DNA from: Lama glama
Lineage: Eukaryota
Reading direction: 5' to 3'
Assembly (NCBI GenBank): GCA_028534125.1
Contig: CM052816.1
Span: forward strand, 9,922,001 to 9,986,000
Length of the DNA stretch: 64,000 nt
Of this stretch, positions 24,526 to 39,199 are shown one piece after another. A program made the translations under genes and the position numbers. Below the pieces are notes generated by a model. That model saw nothing but the letters and a program-made list of their open reading frames with translations, was not told the origin of the DNA and made no database searches. Each line of letters starts with the position of its first letter. The first letter of the stretch is position 1.

Positions 24526-26544
24526 AAAAAAATGGGATTTGTGGCATTAATCAGCCCAAAAAAGTACCTGAACCATAAAGATCTTTATTTGCCGTGCTAG
24601 GAAGTATTGGGTATATTATATAGGTAATGGGTTTTGGAATTTTTAAGAAATTTAGGGGAAAAAAATCTGATTTTATTTATTTTCTTTAGAATTTAACTGA
24701 CTACTTTGCTAAATATGGGTTAAAAAGGAAGGTTAGGCTGGAGATGCAGTTGAAAAGCAACTGACCAGACCACTTTCGATTATGTCAAGTAGCCACGGAA
24801 ATGGCAAGAACAGAGACAGTGGTTATTCAGAAGGTAAATTTAAGAGAATTTAGTGACTGGCTGGGTGCAGAGAGTGGATGGTGAAAGCTGGAAAGGATTA
24901 AATTCCAGAGTTCTGGCTGTGAGAATGAGTAGAGGAAGCTCCACCAACAACACGAGGGATATAAAAGGAAGGGCATATTTTAGGGGTAAAATCATTATCA
25001 GTTTTGGAAAAGTTGAATGAGAGATTTTTGAAGTAGGTCTAGTTACTAAGTTCAGAACACCAAAAGACTACCAGTGCTGTACTGGGACTATGAATAAGGT
25101 AGGTTTTGTTCAAAATGAATTCAATATATGGCAAAAAGCATGACACATCCAATTATAGACACATCTATAATACCATGTAATAGGCACTAGTCGCACAGAA
25201 CAAAGTGCAGCAGAAACAAAGGGAGGTAACAATTAAATCAAATAAAATCTGATGGGAACTTCACGGTGTAGGTTAAGGTGGGGCTGGATTTTGAAGAGTA
25301 AATTCATTTTTGTAGGAGACAGAAGGGACCTGGTTCTGCCCCCACCAGACCTGTAGTTGCTTAGAGCTGGAGATGGTAACTAAACAGAATCATCGTCAGA
25401 ATTATAATACAGTGTAATGACAACATCAGTGCTGGTTGGGACAGGAGATATTTTAAAGAAAAAGATCAACAAGAGCAAAAATATTATAAGGCATACTTCT
25501 CTATGACCATTAGTATAGACATTCAGAAAGTAGAAGTTGAAACCCTGTACCTGATATCCACTATTGAAACTAAATATTAAGAAATGTTACCCCATCTATG
25601 GAGACACTTGGGGGTCCAACAGGAAACCCACAATGTTAGCAACAGAAATTAATTATTAGACTTTTGCTGAGCTTCCTTCTTTCTGGTTCAACCCAACAAA
25701 ATAACACAGGCAGCTGGTGAGTTACTGCTCTTGACCACATGATATACCATAATTCTTTCACTGTAACTAACAATTATTCTGTGAAAATGATTTTAATGGA
25801 CATCTATATTCTCAAGAAGATTCTAGTTGAGCATTTCTTAAACATGAAGTTGAGGCAAAAAAGTTTTCACCTTATTTATCATGCCTTATGATGCTTTTAA
25901 TTTTTTTCTGATAGATGATTTCTCATATAAGTTTATTTCATATTTTAAATCAGTATCTTTCCCCCATATCTGATGGGGATCCACCTGCAAAGGGTATTCA
26001 AATTTCTTTCCAACTGGCAAATGATGGCACATTTAAAGTTTGTAGTGCACCCATTTCTCGTAAAATAAAGATTGATTGATCATTCGTCAGGCAATCTGCT
26101 CAAGTAAGGAAAAAGAATGAAAGGACCACAGGGGCATGTCTGCCCCTTGTCTCACTTTTTCTGTTGTGCTGGCCATCACAGAGGAGCAAGCTGCCGAGCT
26201 TACTGCATTTGCAGTCTATCAATCTGTATGTCCTGGTCACACAGGTGCTCCTTCAGGCTTATCCTGCCCAGGCTCTGGGCCAACCATGGTCCAGTCAAGA
26301 GAAATATGAAGCTAAGTGGTCAGGTGAGTCCTCCTGCTCCTCTGATTCAGGCCTCCTCTCTAGGAGAGCATCATATAAAGGAGGTCTGAGCCTTCCGCTC
26401 CAGTTCTGCCATTGCCTGGTTCCTCAAGGAACTTAGCGCAGAAATCCCTGCCTTTGAGCTTTAGCTTTTCTATAGCATTAGAAAGTTGCACCACATGTCT
26501 TTCAGTCTCTTCTTCTGAACTCCAACAATTCTAGTAGTTAAGAG

Positions 26545-26795
26545 CAGAGGTGCTACAACTAAAAAAAGTAAAAATAAAAATAGGAACAACCTGGATTCAA
26601 ATCTTATCTCTGCTACTTGCTGCCTACGTGATGAAGGGCAAATTTTAAAAATCTGCAACTTGCTTCAGGCATCTTTAAAAAGAGGATAACAATAGCACCT
26701 ATTTCACAGAGTTACTATGCAGGTTAAATGACATAATGCATACCCGGCTTAGTGGCTGGTATATAGTAATTGCTCAATAAATGTTAGCCATTATT
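26545..26795 (+). mobile_element. MIR SINE
   Basis: 'cctggattcaaatcttatctctgctacttgc...tagtaattgctcaataaatgttagccattatt'. Confidence 0.8.
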
Positions 26796-27619
26796 AATAT
26801 CATGATTACCTGTTCTCCCTCAAATGTCAATTCATATGGATTAACCCTATTTTCTGGGGCCCCCCACAAACCCGCCTATAGTTCCACACACTGTATGTTG
26901 CCAGAGCACGTATACATATAGCCCTCGTATAACCTACCTTTGAAGCCTCCTAGCTTGTCTGCCCTCTTCCTCACAGGTGTATCAGATCTCAAAATCTCAT
27001 CTCTTCCTGCTCTACTGTTTTGCTGAGAGCATTAGCCTTGGTTCTGACTTAAGTCTGGGATGGATCCATCAGCTGAGTAATGACTCTGACTACAAACTGA
27101 CATCGTCTGTCGGACAAACTGGGCTTTGTACAGAAACAGATTCTGGCAGCCAACTGGAACTGTTGACTTCAAACTGAAAGACTGGGGTTTCATTTCATGT
27201 TCCCTGAACCATGCATTCCCATTCAGCCTTTTGCATTTAAACTCCATGCTCACTTTCCACCCACTGCAATCTGATGTTGTGCCATCTGCTTTAGCTCACA
27301 GCATTCTCTCCACACCGTGGGAACCTTCCAATCAGCTCCTATGAGCACTCCCAGTCGAGCTTACCTCATTATCCACTAAATCCCCAAATTTCTATTGCAA
27401 AATCTTTCCCAAATCTGCTTTCCTCTGCAGAGTTAGCATTGGCACATATCATTTCTATATTGGTTCTACACTCAGTAGCTTTAAATTCCTGACCCTTCCC
27501 TTGTCAGTCTTCACAAGTGAATTTCTCACTCATCACCAAGCAAAGTATAGAACAAATTGATCTCGCCTGCCTGTTTTAGAGAAAACTGACAGCAATGATA
27601 GCGATTATGCTTAAAATTA

Positions 27620-27865
27620 GAAAGTAATACATATGGAGCACTTATTATTTTTCCTATCTGTGAAACTCTATATTAAGTACTTTGCCTTCATTTTTATTGA
27701 ATCTTTGAACAGTACTAGGAGATAGCTACTACTTTATCTTCATTTTTAAGGGTGAAGAAATAAAACTGAGGGCTAATAAGTTAAATTAACTCACCCAAGG
27801 TAACATGGCTAGTATGTGAGTACCAAGATTCAAACACTGGTCTGTTTCACTTTAAACCCTATGAA
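27620..27865 (-). mobile_element. MIR SINE
   Basis: 'aaactgagggct...aactcacccaaggtaacatggctagtatgt...gattcaaac'. Confidence 0.75.
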
Positions 27866-28690
27866 GCAAAAGGGAAAAAAACATACATGCACATACCTAA
27901 TTCTGAAACAGACAGATATGGCTAAAGGGCATAAGAGTAGTGTTGATAGAAGCCCATAGGTATCTAAAGAAGGACAGAACCCCTCCCTGCTTGAGGGGCA
28001 ATGTGAGAATGTACACCTTCCGTATTTGAGCTTAGCTTTGAAGGATGGAGAGAAATCAAAGGACTATGAAACAAACAAAAAACAAGAACACCATGGAGAC
28101 AGAAAGCCACAGAACATATAGAGTGAGTATCTTTTTTTTTTCTTTTGACTAAGGCCAAGCTTACACATAAATAACTGATTTAAAAAAAAACACTTTTGAA
28201 ATACTTTTTGAAATACTGAGACCAGAATGTGCGATACCTTTAACATTTAGGCTAAGGATGTGTTTCTGAGTAAGGTTTTATTCATTATCATATCGGTGTT
28301 TTACGAAGACTCTTCAGTTAGGGAATGAATGACATAGTTTGAAGAGGGGAGAATATAGGCTGGGAGACCAGCTACATTATTTCAACAGTCTAGGTAAGCA
28401 AGAATTATGAGGTTCTAAACTAGGGGGTCAAGGGGACAGGGGATGACATTAGGAATGAAGATGAAACAAAGGTGAAAGCTGCTTGTTTCCAACATTGTAT
28501 TAAATGTAAACAACTTTGTCTTCAAAAGCTTTAAATGCTTCTAGGGAAGACAAGATGTATAGAAAACAAAATCAGAAACATTATTTAAAATTTGGCAATA
28601 AGTGGCACAAGAATACAGAGGAAGAATATATCAACTATGGCTGAAACTTTTGGGGAAGATTTCTAACAGAAGAGATTATATGAACTCAAC

Positions 28691-28884
28691 CAGGGAAACT
28701 TTGGCAATGCCTGGAGACCTATTTGGTTGACACAGCTGGAGGGTGAGTTCTAGTGACACCGAAGGTGGAGGCCAGGGATACTGCTAAACATCTTGCAACG
28801 TGCAGGACATCTTCCTCCAACCCTTCCGCAACAAAATAATTACCCAGCCAAAAATCTCCATAGTGCTGAGATTGAGAGACTCTG
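28691..28884. mobile_element. MER20 hAT-Charlie element
   Basis: 'tttggcaatgcctggagac...gtggaggccagggatactgctaaacatcttgcaacgtgcaggaca...tagtgctgagattgagagactctg'. Confidence 0.85.
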
Positions 28885-29897
28885 CATTAGATTGCCAGTA
28901 ATTTATTAGACATTGGGAAAGTTATTCAACATCTCTGATCCTGTTCCCTGTTTGTAAAATGGAGCAATGAGTGTAATAGTATCTCCTTCATAGGGTTCAT
29001 GACAAGATTAAATAAGAGGCTGGTTAAGTATTTATTATATGGTATGTGCTCAGTAAAGCTCTATGAATGTCATTGATTTTTTTTTCCAAAAATGGGAAAC
29101 TGAAGGGATAGTAACTAAACTTATAATGAACAATTTCAGCTCATCCAAAGTCACCATTTCTGTGCCACTGAGTCTAAAATATGTAAACCCACCAGATTCC
29201 CTTCCCACTACATGCCTGCCATTTTTATTTGACTGTCTCATCATTTTCCCAAACCCAAACTATGTAAAACAGAATTCAGAATCCCCTTGGTAATTCACTT
29301 CCATTGTTTGTAGCAAAGACATGCCCCAGTAATTAGAGTAAAAAGACAGTAGGTGTGATTCAGGACAACTTGTCTTTGTAATTCCCATCTCATACGATGT
29401 GTGCTGTGTAGCACTAGCAGTTCTGTTCTTGTTCTTGGCCTCAACTTCCCAAATGTACCTGAAATGGTCTATAGGCTCCTTCCTTCCAGAACTAACATTT
29501 TATCACCTGTAGTGATACTTACCTTCTCTCTCTCTCTCCCACTCTATCTGTGTGTCATATAATAATAATGTCAGTTCTTTCTTGGAAACATCCCTCACAT
29601 GTGCCCACTTTTCCCCAGTTCTAGTGGAACCAGACTGAAACAGGTACTTAATGACTTCTAAAAGGAAATATTGTGACAAATTCCTAATTGGGTTTTCCAC
29701 TTTCAGCCTTTCTTTTTCCATCCACTCTATATGCTACATGCATGCTCTTTACACACATCTTGTACATGCCACACCTGTTCAGAATTCTTCAGTAGCTCCC
29801 CACTGCATGTCTCAGTCATGAAAACTCTTCCACCTGGTACCCCAGGCTCTCTGTGATCAAACCCAATCCCCCTTTCCAGTCCCCTCTCCCATGATTC

Positions 29898-30539
29898 TGA
29901 GACAGGAGGGAAGGGGGCAGGGCACAGCCACTCAAGGAATGACAGCAATTTAACACCAAAATGGTGGAAGATTCAGCTCCCAGTTAGCCTTGAGTATTAA
30001 GTTGGGAAGTTTGACTTCTACTAGACCTTGAGCTTCATTATATGCTCATTGTAACACTGTGATAAATAACATGCCTACAGGCGCCATGACAGTCCCAAGG
30101 CTAACCTGCAAAAGGCCAAAGAATGGGTGGCGGCCCAATTCCTGGGAATCCCAGCCCCTTCCCCAGGGCAGTTGGAATGGTCCCACCTCTAGGCGTGTGA
30201 AGCTACTGAGCCCACAAAAACTCGCAGCACCATGACTAGCCACCCTTTTTCATTCCCTCCTCTTTGGAGATGGCCCACACTCTGTCTATGGAGTGTGTAC
30301 CTACTTTTACTTTAACTTGAGCAACCAATCCCCACACCCCTTTTCCTTGCCTTTCTCTTGCCTTACACTCTATGCAGTGTGTATCTATAAATAAATCTAC
30401 CTTTACTCAACTGTGGCTCGCACTTGAATTCTTTCCTGCGCAAAGCCAAGGACCCACACTTGGCGGGGCATGCCCCAGGGACTCAACCAAGACCTGGGAG
30501 ATAGCCTTTCTCATGCCCCACATCTGTTTTCCTGCATCA
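29898..30539 (+). mobile_element. Complete ERV1 solo LTR (MER41-like), inserted in L2
   Basis: 642 bp, TG...CA ends, flanks attc/gttc (4-bp TSD with one mismatch), aataaa near 30390, 'cttgaattctttcctgcgcaaagccaaggaccc' U5-type motif. Confidence 0.85.
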
Positions 30540-30880
30540 GTTCTCCGTTTACTGCTCTCTCACCCAGATGTGCTTGTCTCCTCATCAACACACTAGCATG
30601 GCATGTTCATTCCTTTCATGTTCTTTACATCACTGTGCCTTCTGAAATGCTTTCATGCATATTCAATCATCCCACAAGTCATTAGAGAAACATCAATCAA
30701 GGGCCTCTACAGACATAGAAAATGTGTAGAACGCTAGAGTGAGCAAAAAAAAGCATGGCTTCTGCCCTTACGGAGCTGGCCAGTCTAGAGGGGAAAATGG
30801 ACATTTCTCAAGTGGTCTCATAAGTAAATGTGAAATTGTAACTGTGCTGAGTGCTACAGCTAAGAGGTACGTTGTGCTAC

Positions 30881-31427
30881 TGAGACAGGAAGACAGGAGT
30901 ACAGCCATTTCAGAAAAGGACCAAGGAATGGCCTTGGGCAAATCAGTCCTTGGATGCTAAAAAACCAAGGCCCTGGGGGCCTGAGCCCCAGAGACTTAAA
31001 AAAACAAGGAATAAAAGATTAACTTTATCTCTGTTACACTAAGGAGTACACCCAGTTGCCATAAGACAAGAAGCTCAACTATAAATTTTAATCCTACCTG
31101 CTCCTGAGCTTTCTCACAGAAAATTCTCAAGCATTTCTTTCCTGTCACAGACACCCCCCTATTCCTGATGGCCACCACGGAGCCACCTGCTACTAATCAA
31201 AGAAATTTGATGATTTCTGGAAATTATCAGTAATCATGAGACAAACCGTCCCTTTTGTTGTTGGAGCACCTTGCCTCTTCTACTCAGGGAGCTGCAACAT
31301 TTTTTTCCACCTTCTCCCCTATGCACATTTGTGTCTTCTAATAAAGTTTTGCTTGCCTAAGAGTCTTCTGTAAGCAATATTCATTTCTACGGTATTGCTG
31401 TCCAAGAATCTGGAGAGCCCAGTAACA
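30881..31427 (+). mobile_element. ERV solo LTR
   Basis: Starts tgagacagga, ends agtaaca; 'ctaataaagttttgctt' polyA signal; 'attcatttctacggtattgctgtccaagaatc' U5-type; interrupts L2. Confidence 0.75.
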
Positions 31428-34400
31428 CTGTAAGACAATGTGAGATTTGACCTAATCACGGAAGTGTGCGCGCACGTGCATGTGTGTGTCTGGAAGGGAG
31501 TCCTGGGTAGTCCCAGCAGAAGATTAACTGAGCTAACTGCATAATGAGCCAATCAGGCCAGGACGAATGGGAAGCCAATTGCAACCAAGCAGAGAGGCTT
31601 TAGATGCAAAGGTGATTTCCTATATATGTAGATACCAAAATTTTTTTTAAATAGCAGTAAGCTCAGTTACTTTGGGTTGTTTACTTTATGCAGAAACTTA
31701 ATATATGCTAACTCATTTGAGCTTGATGGGTAATCTGCAGTCATTAATAAGAGCCATTTTATAGATGGGTATATCAGAGTTCAGACTTACTAAGTGGCTT
31801 GTCCATGGGACCAAATCAGCTTGTCCATGGTCTCTGGTCCCTAGTGCAGGACTTTTTCAGCTCATCTACTGTCACTGCTCTTGCAGTTTGCCAAGTCCAT
31901 TCACCTTTGCTCAAAAGGCAGCCCAAGTGTGACTTTTTCCCCTGAAGACTTCTCAGTCCTCTCTGACCCCGAATCAAGAACAACAAGGCCAAAGCAAGTG
32001 CTATGTTACAAACCAGAAAAACATCTGTAACGTACATGACAGGAAAGGGTCACCATCAAAAGAGCTCATAAAACTGGTAAGAAAAACAATGAGAATCTAG
32101 TTGAATGAATTAAACCCATGAAAAAGAACTGCAAAGAGCTGAACAAGTACCAAATAAAATGCCAAACTTCACTAGTAATCCACGTGCAAATAAAAGGAGG
32201 GTAACTGTCATCCATTAAGCTAGTATTATCTAACACATTATAAAAAGACCTGTCAAACTTGCCACAAAAAACATGGCACTAACATAAACTGTTGTTGGGA
32301 GCACGATGAAAATAGCAGTTATACAGAATATGCAGTACTTTCCATATGTCAGCTCAGCTCTGTGAAGTAGGCATCATTTTTATTCCTATGTTACAGATGA
32401 GGGAGCTGTAGAAAGTTTGCCATCTCCTCAACCACTAATTAAAGCAATACAGCCATTCTGAAGATTACCAAGATTCCTATATAACAAGAAAATGTAATGC
32501 ATCAACATTTGACCTGGTATATAATAACCTACTGAAAAGATTTATGGACAAATGTGTTCAAAACAGGGTTAGCATTCAGATTGTTCCTGATTTCTCACTG
32601 TTATAATCATGAAGAATAAAATGAAAGAGGGGAAAATTGGAATAATGAGAGAAACGCTTAAATAATCAGTCTACCTGAATGACAGTATCATTCAACCCTC
32701 CAAAGTAACATGAGTAATAAATTGTCGACTGACATAAGAAAATGTTCTGAAATATTATTGAAAATGTTAAGGGAGAAAAATAATACAAAACCATATACAG
32801 TGTAATGATTCTAACTTTGTTTTTTTAAAGTACTCAGTGAATATTTGAATGCAGCTGCAAAGCTAGGAATGCCATCCCTGGCTTGGAGAAGAGAAATATA
32901 TAATCTATACATGAGAATATGATAAATCTCCTTTCAGGGAGCAGCTGAAAGGTTCATTATTTAAGAATATTAAGGAAAATCTTGTTTTAAATGAGGATTG
33001 TGATTTACATTGTAAGATATTATTGTCCTCATAAAATAGTTCAGAGTTAACAAATTGGAGGAACCTCAACTCTGTCACATTACACCCAAATCTTTTAAAA
33101 ATGAATCACATCCATGAAGTTTTTTCAGTATCACATGAACAAAACTCAATTAAATCTGAGCTACTTGGCCAGGGCTCTGCTCTTCCAGTTTGGCCAGTCT
33201 CCTTGACCCTCTGGGGTCAGGTCCAGCTAACCCTCTGAACCCAGAAAATGAGAGAGAGGCGTCCTGTTGACTCAAAGTGTAAGAGTTGAGTAGAAAGAGC
33301 CTCACCCTCTGGTCCACTCAAAGGAAAACCTGCCTTCGTCTTCAATTTCTGATAATTTTCCTTCTTCTCCTGAGCCTATTTGGTCCCCTAAGATTTCAAA
33401 GCTAGCTACTGTCATCCCCACTTCTCTTCCTTTACTCAAGGCCTGAATATAAGCCTCATTCCTCAGCATGATCTTCACTGGTGTTGGAGATTGGATGGTA
33501 CTAATGCAATGGTTAACAGAGCGTGGCCTGGTTCAGACCCTAACCACAGAGATCAAGAGCAAGCAAGACCCAAGCTCATAGGATTTGGTGAAGGAATCCT
33601 AAATCTTTGCTTTCTCATGCCCATCCTCATGACGAATGGAGGCTGTAAACTTGGTCCAGTTAACTTATGTATGTGGCTCTGTTTTCTCAGCTGAAAAATG
33701 GGTACAATGATACTTATCTTATTAGAAATACACCATTAGAAGGTTTTTAGCACGAGTGCCAAGCCCATCAATGTTAGCTACTCTTATGCTCATGACAAGG
33801 CGGTGACGAACACCAAGAGGAACTAGCCAATTCCCAATCAGTTAGAACAAGGACAGGCACTTGGCAAGACCGTAAACTCTTGGCTGACTGTATTTACTTA
33901 TTATTTTATCTTCAGTACCTATAGTGTAGTGAATGGCACATAGCTGACACTTGAAAAATATAGACAAGTAAATGGATAAATGCATTTGGCAAACCCCTTC
34001 CAGCTGCCCAGATTTTAGGCATCCCTGAGAAGCAATGAGTCTCCATATCTGGGTTAAAAAGCGTGGGACATCTGGGAGGGGCATCCAGGCTTCCTAGCCA
34101 CTTCCAGAGCCAATATGTAGGTGTACTTTTCCACAAATGGCTGCCTTTTTCCTAGATCTCTATATAACACCAGGCAGAAGAGTACTGGTTAAAACTGCAG
34201 TTTGTGGGAAGCACTGTCTGCGGTCACTCCCTTGGTCTGGGTAAAACCAGCTGGCACTGTTAGAAGTGGAAGTCTGGTGGTACAGACATATCCTGCCAGA
34301 CCCTTGTCAGTGGAAGAGAGATTATATGAATTGCTCTGATCCAAGAAACCACTCCCTGTAACAACCACCCAAGAAGTCCTCTGTGTGGGATGAATCTCAT

Positions 34401-36442
34401 TAAATTCCATGAAGCAATAGCTACAGATTCAAGCAATCAAGATCTTAGTTTGCCCAGCAGAGTGCAAGGAAGGGATTGTACATGGGTGGAGAAGGCTGCT
34501 TCCAAAACTGCCTTCCCAGGCCACCTCCTCCTTCCCTAGTTCCCACCTGCCCATCTGTCTCTTAGAATGAAAAGTTCAGTAGCACAGGCAGGGCCCATTG
34601 TGCCTGGAATGTAAATTTCAGAAACTAGGTTTCTGTTTTCTGATTTCCAGGAGACAAGCAATGCCACCTCTTCAGCATTCCTAGTTATCTGATCTGCCAT
34701 ATTATTTGTTTGTATCATGGAAAGAGATTTTAATGGGTATCCTTCAAAAGCAATATGGCCCACTGGTTTTCATTGTTTAGTCTCTTGAACTGTATAGGTA
34801 AGAATCACCTAGGAAGCTTATTAAAAATTCAAATTCCTTGGCCCCAAACCTAAATCCTCCAAATTATTCTAATTTCTGGTCTAACTCTTGAATCTTCTCC
34901 ATAATAGTCACAACAAATGATGACCAAATACACATTTGAGAACTACTAGTGATGGGAAACTTGACTTCTAGAGTAAAACCATCTTTTTACCTAGTTATGT
35001 CACTCACTATAATTTTATACTTTCGGTCTAGTTTTAAACCACTTGAGATCTTGAAGAATAAATATAATCCCTCTCTCACGTCCCAAGTTTCTTTATTTCA
35101 CATGGCTCCTTGTACAAAAACTACAGGGTTATTTGTAATTCAGTCTTTCCCAAATTATGTTCCAGAGAACAGGTCTGTTAGGATGTGTTCCATGAAAAGG
35201 CTAGTCTATTGTCAAAGACATTTCCTTTTTATCAAAAACATAGGCTACGTTCAGGGGTAGCACGTACATATTATACAGGCAGAAGGAAGACGGTGAGCTC
35301 TCTCACACATGCGCTGGAAGGGATTTCCACAATGGGTGAAAGAACTGACTTTAACTATCTCTGGTCCCTTCAGTACCGATATTTTTATTAAAAGGATCTA
35401 GGGATTCCTTCTTGCTCAGAGTGTCTCACTCCCATTTGAAACTTTATAGAAAAGCAGGGAAAAGTGAGCATTCTGTGTTTAATTCACCCCCAGTCACCAA
35501 GGGTCAGCCCTAGGTCACACCCTGTCAGGAGGGTTTGTCAATTAGTCATCATCTTGAGGGAAGGGCCAGGTCTGTCTACTCCCAATATAATTCACTTCGT
35601 TCTCATCAATGGGAACATATTTCACCCTTCAATTAGTAAAGGCTCAGCAGATTTCAGATGAAAGAGAGTCAGAAGTCCAGGAGGTTCACACCTTCCCTTT
35701 CCCAGACACTTGGGAAACTGACCTGATTTTGTTTTATACCTTGTATAAGCCTTTTGGTAGCATTAAAGAAATTGCTTTAAAATGTGCGTGTTATGTCAGC
35801 CTGTTTCATCAACTGCTTCTGTTTTCTCATAGATTATTTTAGTCCTACAGCAACCACAGACATATTTTTACATCCTTGTAATCACAGTGCACATATAATT
35901 TTGTACTCTGTGTTTCATACATGTTGTCCACATCTTTCATATTCTTATGGTACTCATACTCATCCAATATACATAAAGGGAGTCCACAACAAGTTCCTTC
36001 ATTTGCCCAACTTTGTCATTTCATGTTACTTCAAATATTTACTATGATAGAGTGTTAAACATTTTGGACATAAGGCCTTGTCTTTCTTCTTTTTCTTAGT
36101 GTGGATTTTTATGAGTAGGATTATCAACTCCAAAAAAGCATAAATAATTTAAGGTAAGTTAACCTTTTATTATGTTACACCAATTTATAATGATGCCAGT
36201 AGGTATTAGAATTAGGGTTTTAGAAAATGCATTTCATTACAAATTTAGCAGTATTGTATATTTTTCTTCTACATTCATCTATATACAAAAAGCACTTTTA
36301 TAAAACTTTTAGAAGTAATATATCACAAGGAATATTTTTTCAAACATCATAGAACATACTCATACGGAAAGAAATCCTCAAATAAGTCTTAGATATATTT
36401 CTTCAGAGACCATGCAAAATTTGTATGATTTAAATTAGACTT

Positions 36443-37082
36443 TGTAGTGGGCAGAATTCTAAGAAGGCTCCAAAGATTTCTGCCCTCTGTTGCACATATC
36501 CTAAGAGTACCCTTGAGTGCGGCAGGTCCTATAAATATGAGGGTAAACCACCACCAAGATTAGGCTATGTTATTAAAAGAAGTAAAGGAATTTTGTTGGT
36601 GTCTTAAGGTCCCTGATCTATTAACTCTTCGTTAAAAGGAAGATAACCCTCAGTAGGCCTGACTTAATCATGTGAGCTTTTGAGAGAATTTAGCTAGTGG
36701 TCAGAGACATGAAGTCAGAAAGTTTCAAAATAGTAACATAAACATCCCTGCAGATCTTGAAGAATAATACTGCCATATTTTGAAGAGGGCCATGGCTCAG
36801 GTAATAAAAGGTGACCTCTAAGAGCTGAGGGCCTTAGCTCAACAGCTGTGAGTAACTAAATTCTGTCAACAACCAGTGACTTGGGAATAAAACCCAGAGC
36901 CTCAGATGAAATTCAAACATCAAGTGACATCTTGATTTCTTCCTGGTGAGGCCCTGAACACAGGCCCTACCTCATCCATGCCTGGATTCCTGACCAAGAC
37001 AAGCTGTGAGATAATAAATCTGTGTTATTTTAAGGCAATAAGTTGGTGATAATTTGTTACTCAGTGGTAGAAAACCAATACA
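36443..37082 (+). mobile_element. Near full-length MaLR LTR (MLT1E-like)
   Basis: Begins 'tgtagtgggcagaattctaag'; ends 'gtgataatttgttactcagtggtagaaaaccaataca'. Confidence 0.85.
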
Positions 37083-38504
37083 TTAAATATTAATGGTAAA
37101 AATGTCTTATAATGATCAAAGAAATCAACCAACATTAATGAGAGAAATAAAATAAAGCATTAACTGCAAATGTAAGAGTTGGAGCAATAATCATCTCAAA
37201 TTAATATAATGTTTTGAAGAAGTTCTTCCCTGAATTCTGTCAGGGCAAGAATTATGTCTGTTTCATCTCTTAATGGGTCCCCAACGTCCAGACAGGTGCA
37301 TCCCATGCAACTGGTGTTTAACAAATCTTTTCTGATAAAATAATTATGAAAAGATTGTTTAAACTGATGAGATAATATACAATTAAGAAGTAGCCTTCTT
37401 ATTTAATGGAAAACACAAACTTGAAACCATACGAAGAAATCATTCTAATATAAAGTTGGCCTGCCCCACATTTTACAAATTGCTGGTTTTTTTCCTTGAC
37501 TCTTTACATCTCTTATTCATGGGTCATTACTTTCCCACCATTACTAAATATTACAAATTCTTTCATTGTCATTATAAAGAACATTTCAGAACACTACTCA
37601 GCAATGAACGCATCATTTAACCTGTAAGGTACTAAAGCCTTCCATTAACAAATCTAATGACTAAGGAAGTCATTTCCCCGTGTGTACTTTCACATTATTC
37701 TGCAAGGGGAAAAATGATAACAGACAGTGCTTATATCGTTACATGTGGTGTCATCAGAAGAAAGCCACATTCAAGGTGACGTATCTTGGAGTCAACCTGC
37801 CCAAGGATTCTCAGTTGTCAGGAATGTGAGGATGACAACACATTCCTACCTAAATTTCCATGGCCAAAGCGGCACAAGAGCCGCGCAGCTATTCTCAGGC
37901 TTAAGCTTTAAACCCAAGTTTTCACATACGTTCGCAAAACAGCAAAGAACACCAGTTGACTAAATGAAGGAACATTGCAATTTAAATAAAAATTAAATGT
38001 GTCATTTAATTATATAAAACCAATAGTACGTTATTTAATTTTATGGCAAAATCTCTCAGCCTAGAAGCACACTCTGTTTCTGCTTTGAAAAAATGTATAT
38101 ATATGTTTTTTACAGTTCCACAGTTTCCTCATTTGTGAAGTAGGTATAGTTCATCAAGTTCAGAGAAGCACCCTAAGGTTTAAGGGAGACAGTGATCAAA
38201 ACCCATAACCCCAATAATTATAGCTCCCATTTATGGTTTACTGTGTGCCAAATATTGTATTAAATATTTTATCTATATAACCTAAGTAAACTGTACAAAA
38301 ACCCTGTAATATTGATAGATTTCCAAAAATAAATAAATAAGGAGCCAAGACACTGGGATTAAATAGCTTGCCAGTAAGAACTGTCATAGTGTAAAACTCT
38401 AGTTGCCATCTTTGATGTTGCGCATGTTGTGTTCCATATGGTAATCCCTGGAGTTACCCAGAAAAGTAGTTCTGGGTGCCAGAGCCAGGATTAAGTATTG
38501 ACAG

Positions 38505-38605
38505 ATCATGGTGATCATTTTGTAATGTATCTAAATGTCGAATTACTATGTTGTACTCCTGAAACTGACATGATGTCGTATGTCAACTATATTTCAACAA
38601 ACAAC
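38505..38605 (+). mobile_element. L1MA-like 3' terminal stub
   Basis: 'tggtgatcattttgtaatgtat...tgttgtactcctgaaactgac...tatgtcaactatatttcaa'. Confidence 0.75.
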
Positions 38606-39199
38606 AAAGCTCTTAAACATAATGCTCTACCAATTGGTTAGAAATAAAGCAAAACACTGATGCAAAAATATCAGCTAGGATCTCTGTAAACAATTACACT
38701 TATTGAAATAATTTCATTTTGAATGTCTTGCTTAGGAGACAGTGTATTGATTAAATGTATTTCAAAGAGAAAAAAAGTTTGTAACATTTACCAGACACTA
38801 ATTCAAGAGAAAGCACATTTAATCAGGCTTGAAAGAATCACCAGGTTGACCCAAAGAGAGCAGAAGAGAGTAGACCCCTGGCTGAGCTTAAATTAGTATA
38901 ATGGTACCACTCCCTCTCTTGTTAACATCACATAATGAAGTATAATTATGTTTTCTGGGTTCAGAACACAACAGACGTAGGAGCAGCAATATTACATGTG
39001 CTTTATGCAAAGAGAAACAGAGACTCAAGTCATACCTTATATAGATTTGGATTCTAAAAGGATCCCTTCAGTGTCGTGTCTTCTGAGCAAAGTTTTTAGT
39101 CCAAGTTTCAAGAAATGGGTGTGTATCTTGAAACAAATCCTAATACGAACTTAAAATCTTCTCCTTTGCTTTTTCCTTAAGAATAATTCAGAATGATTT

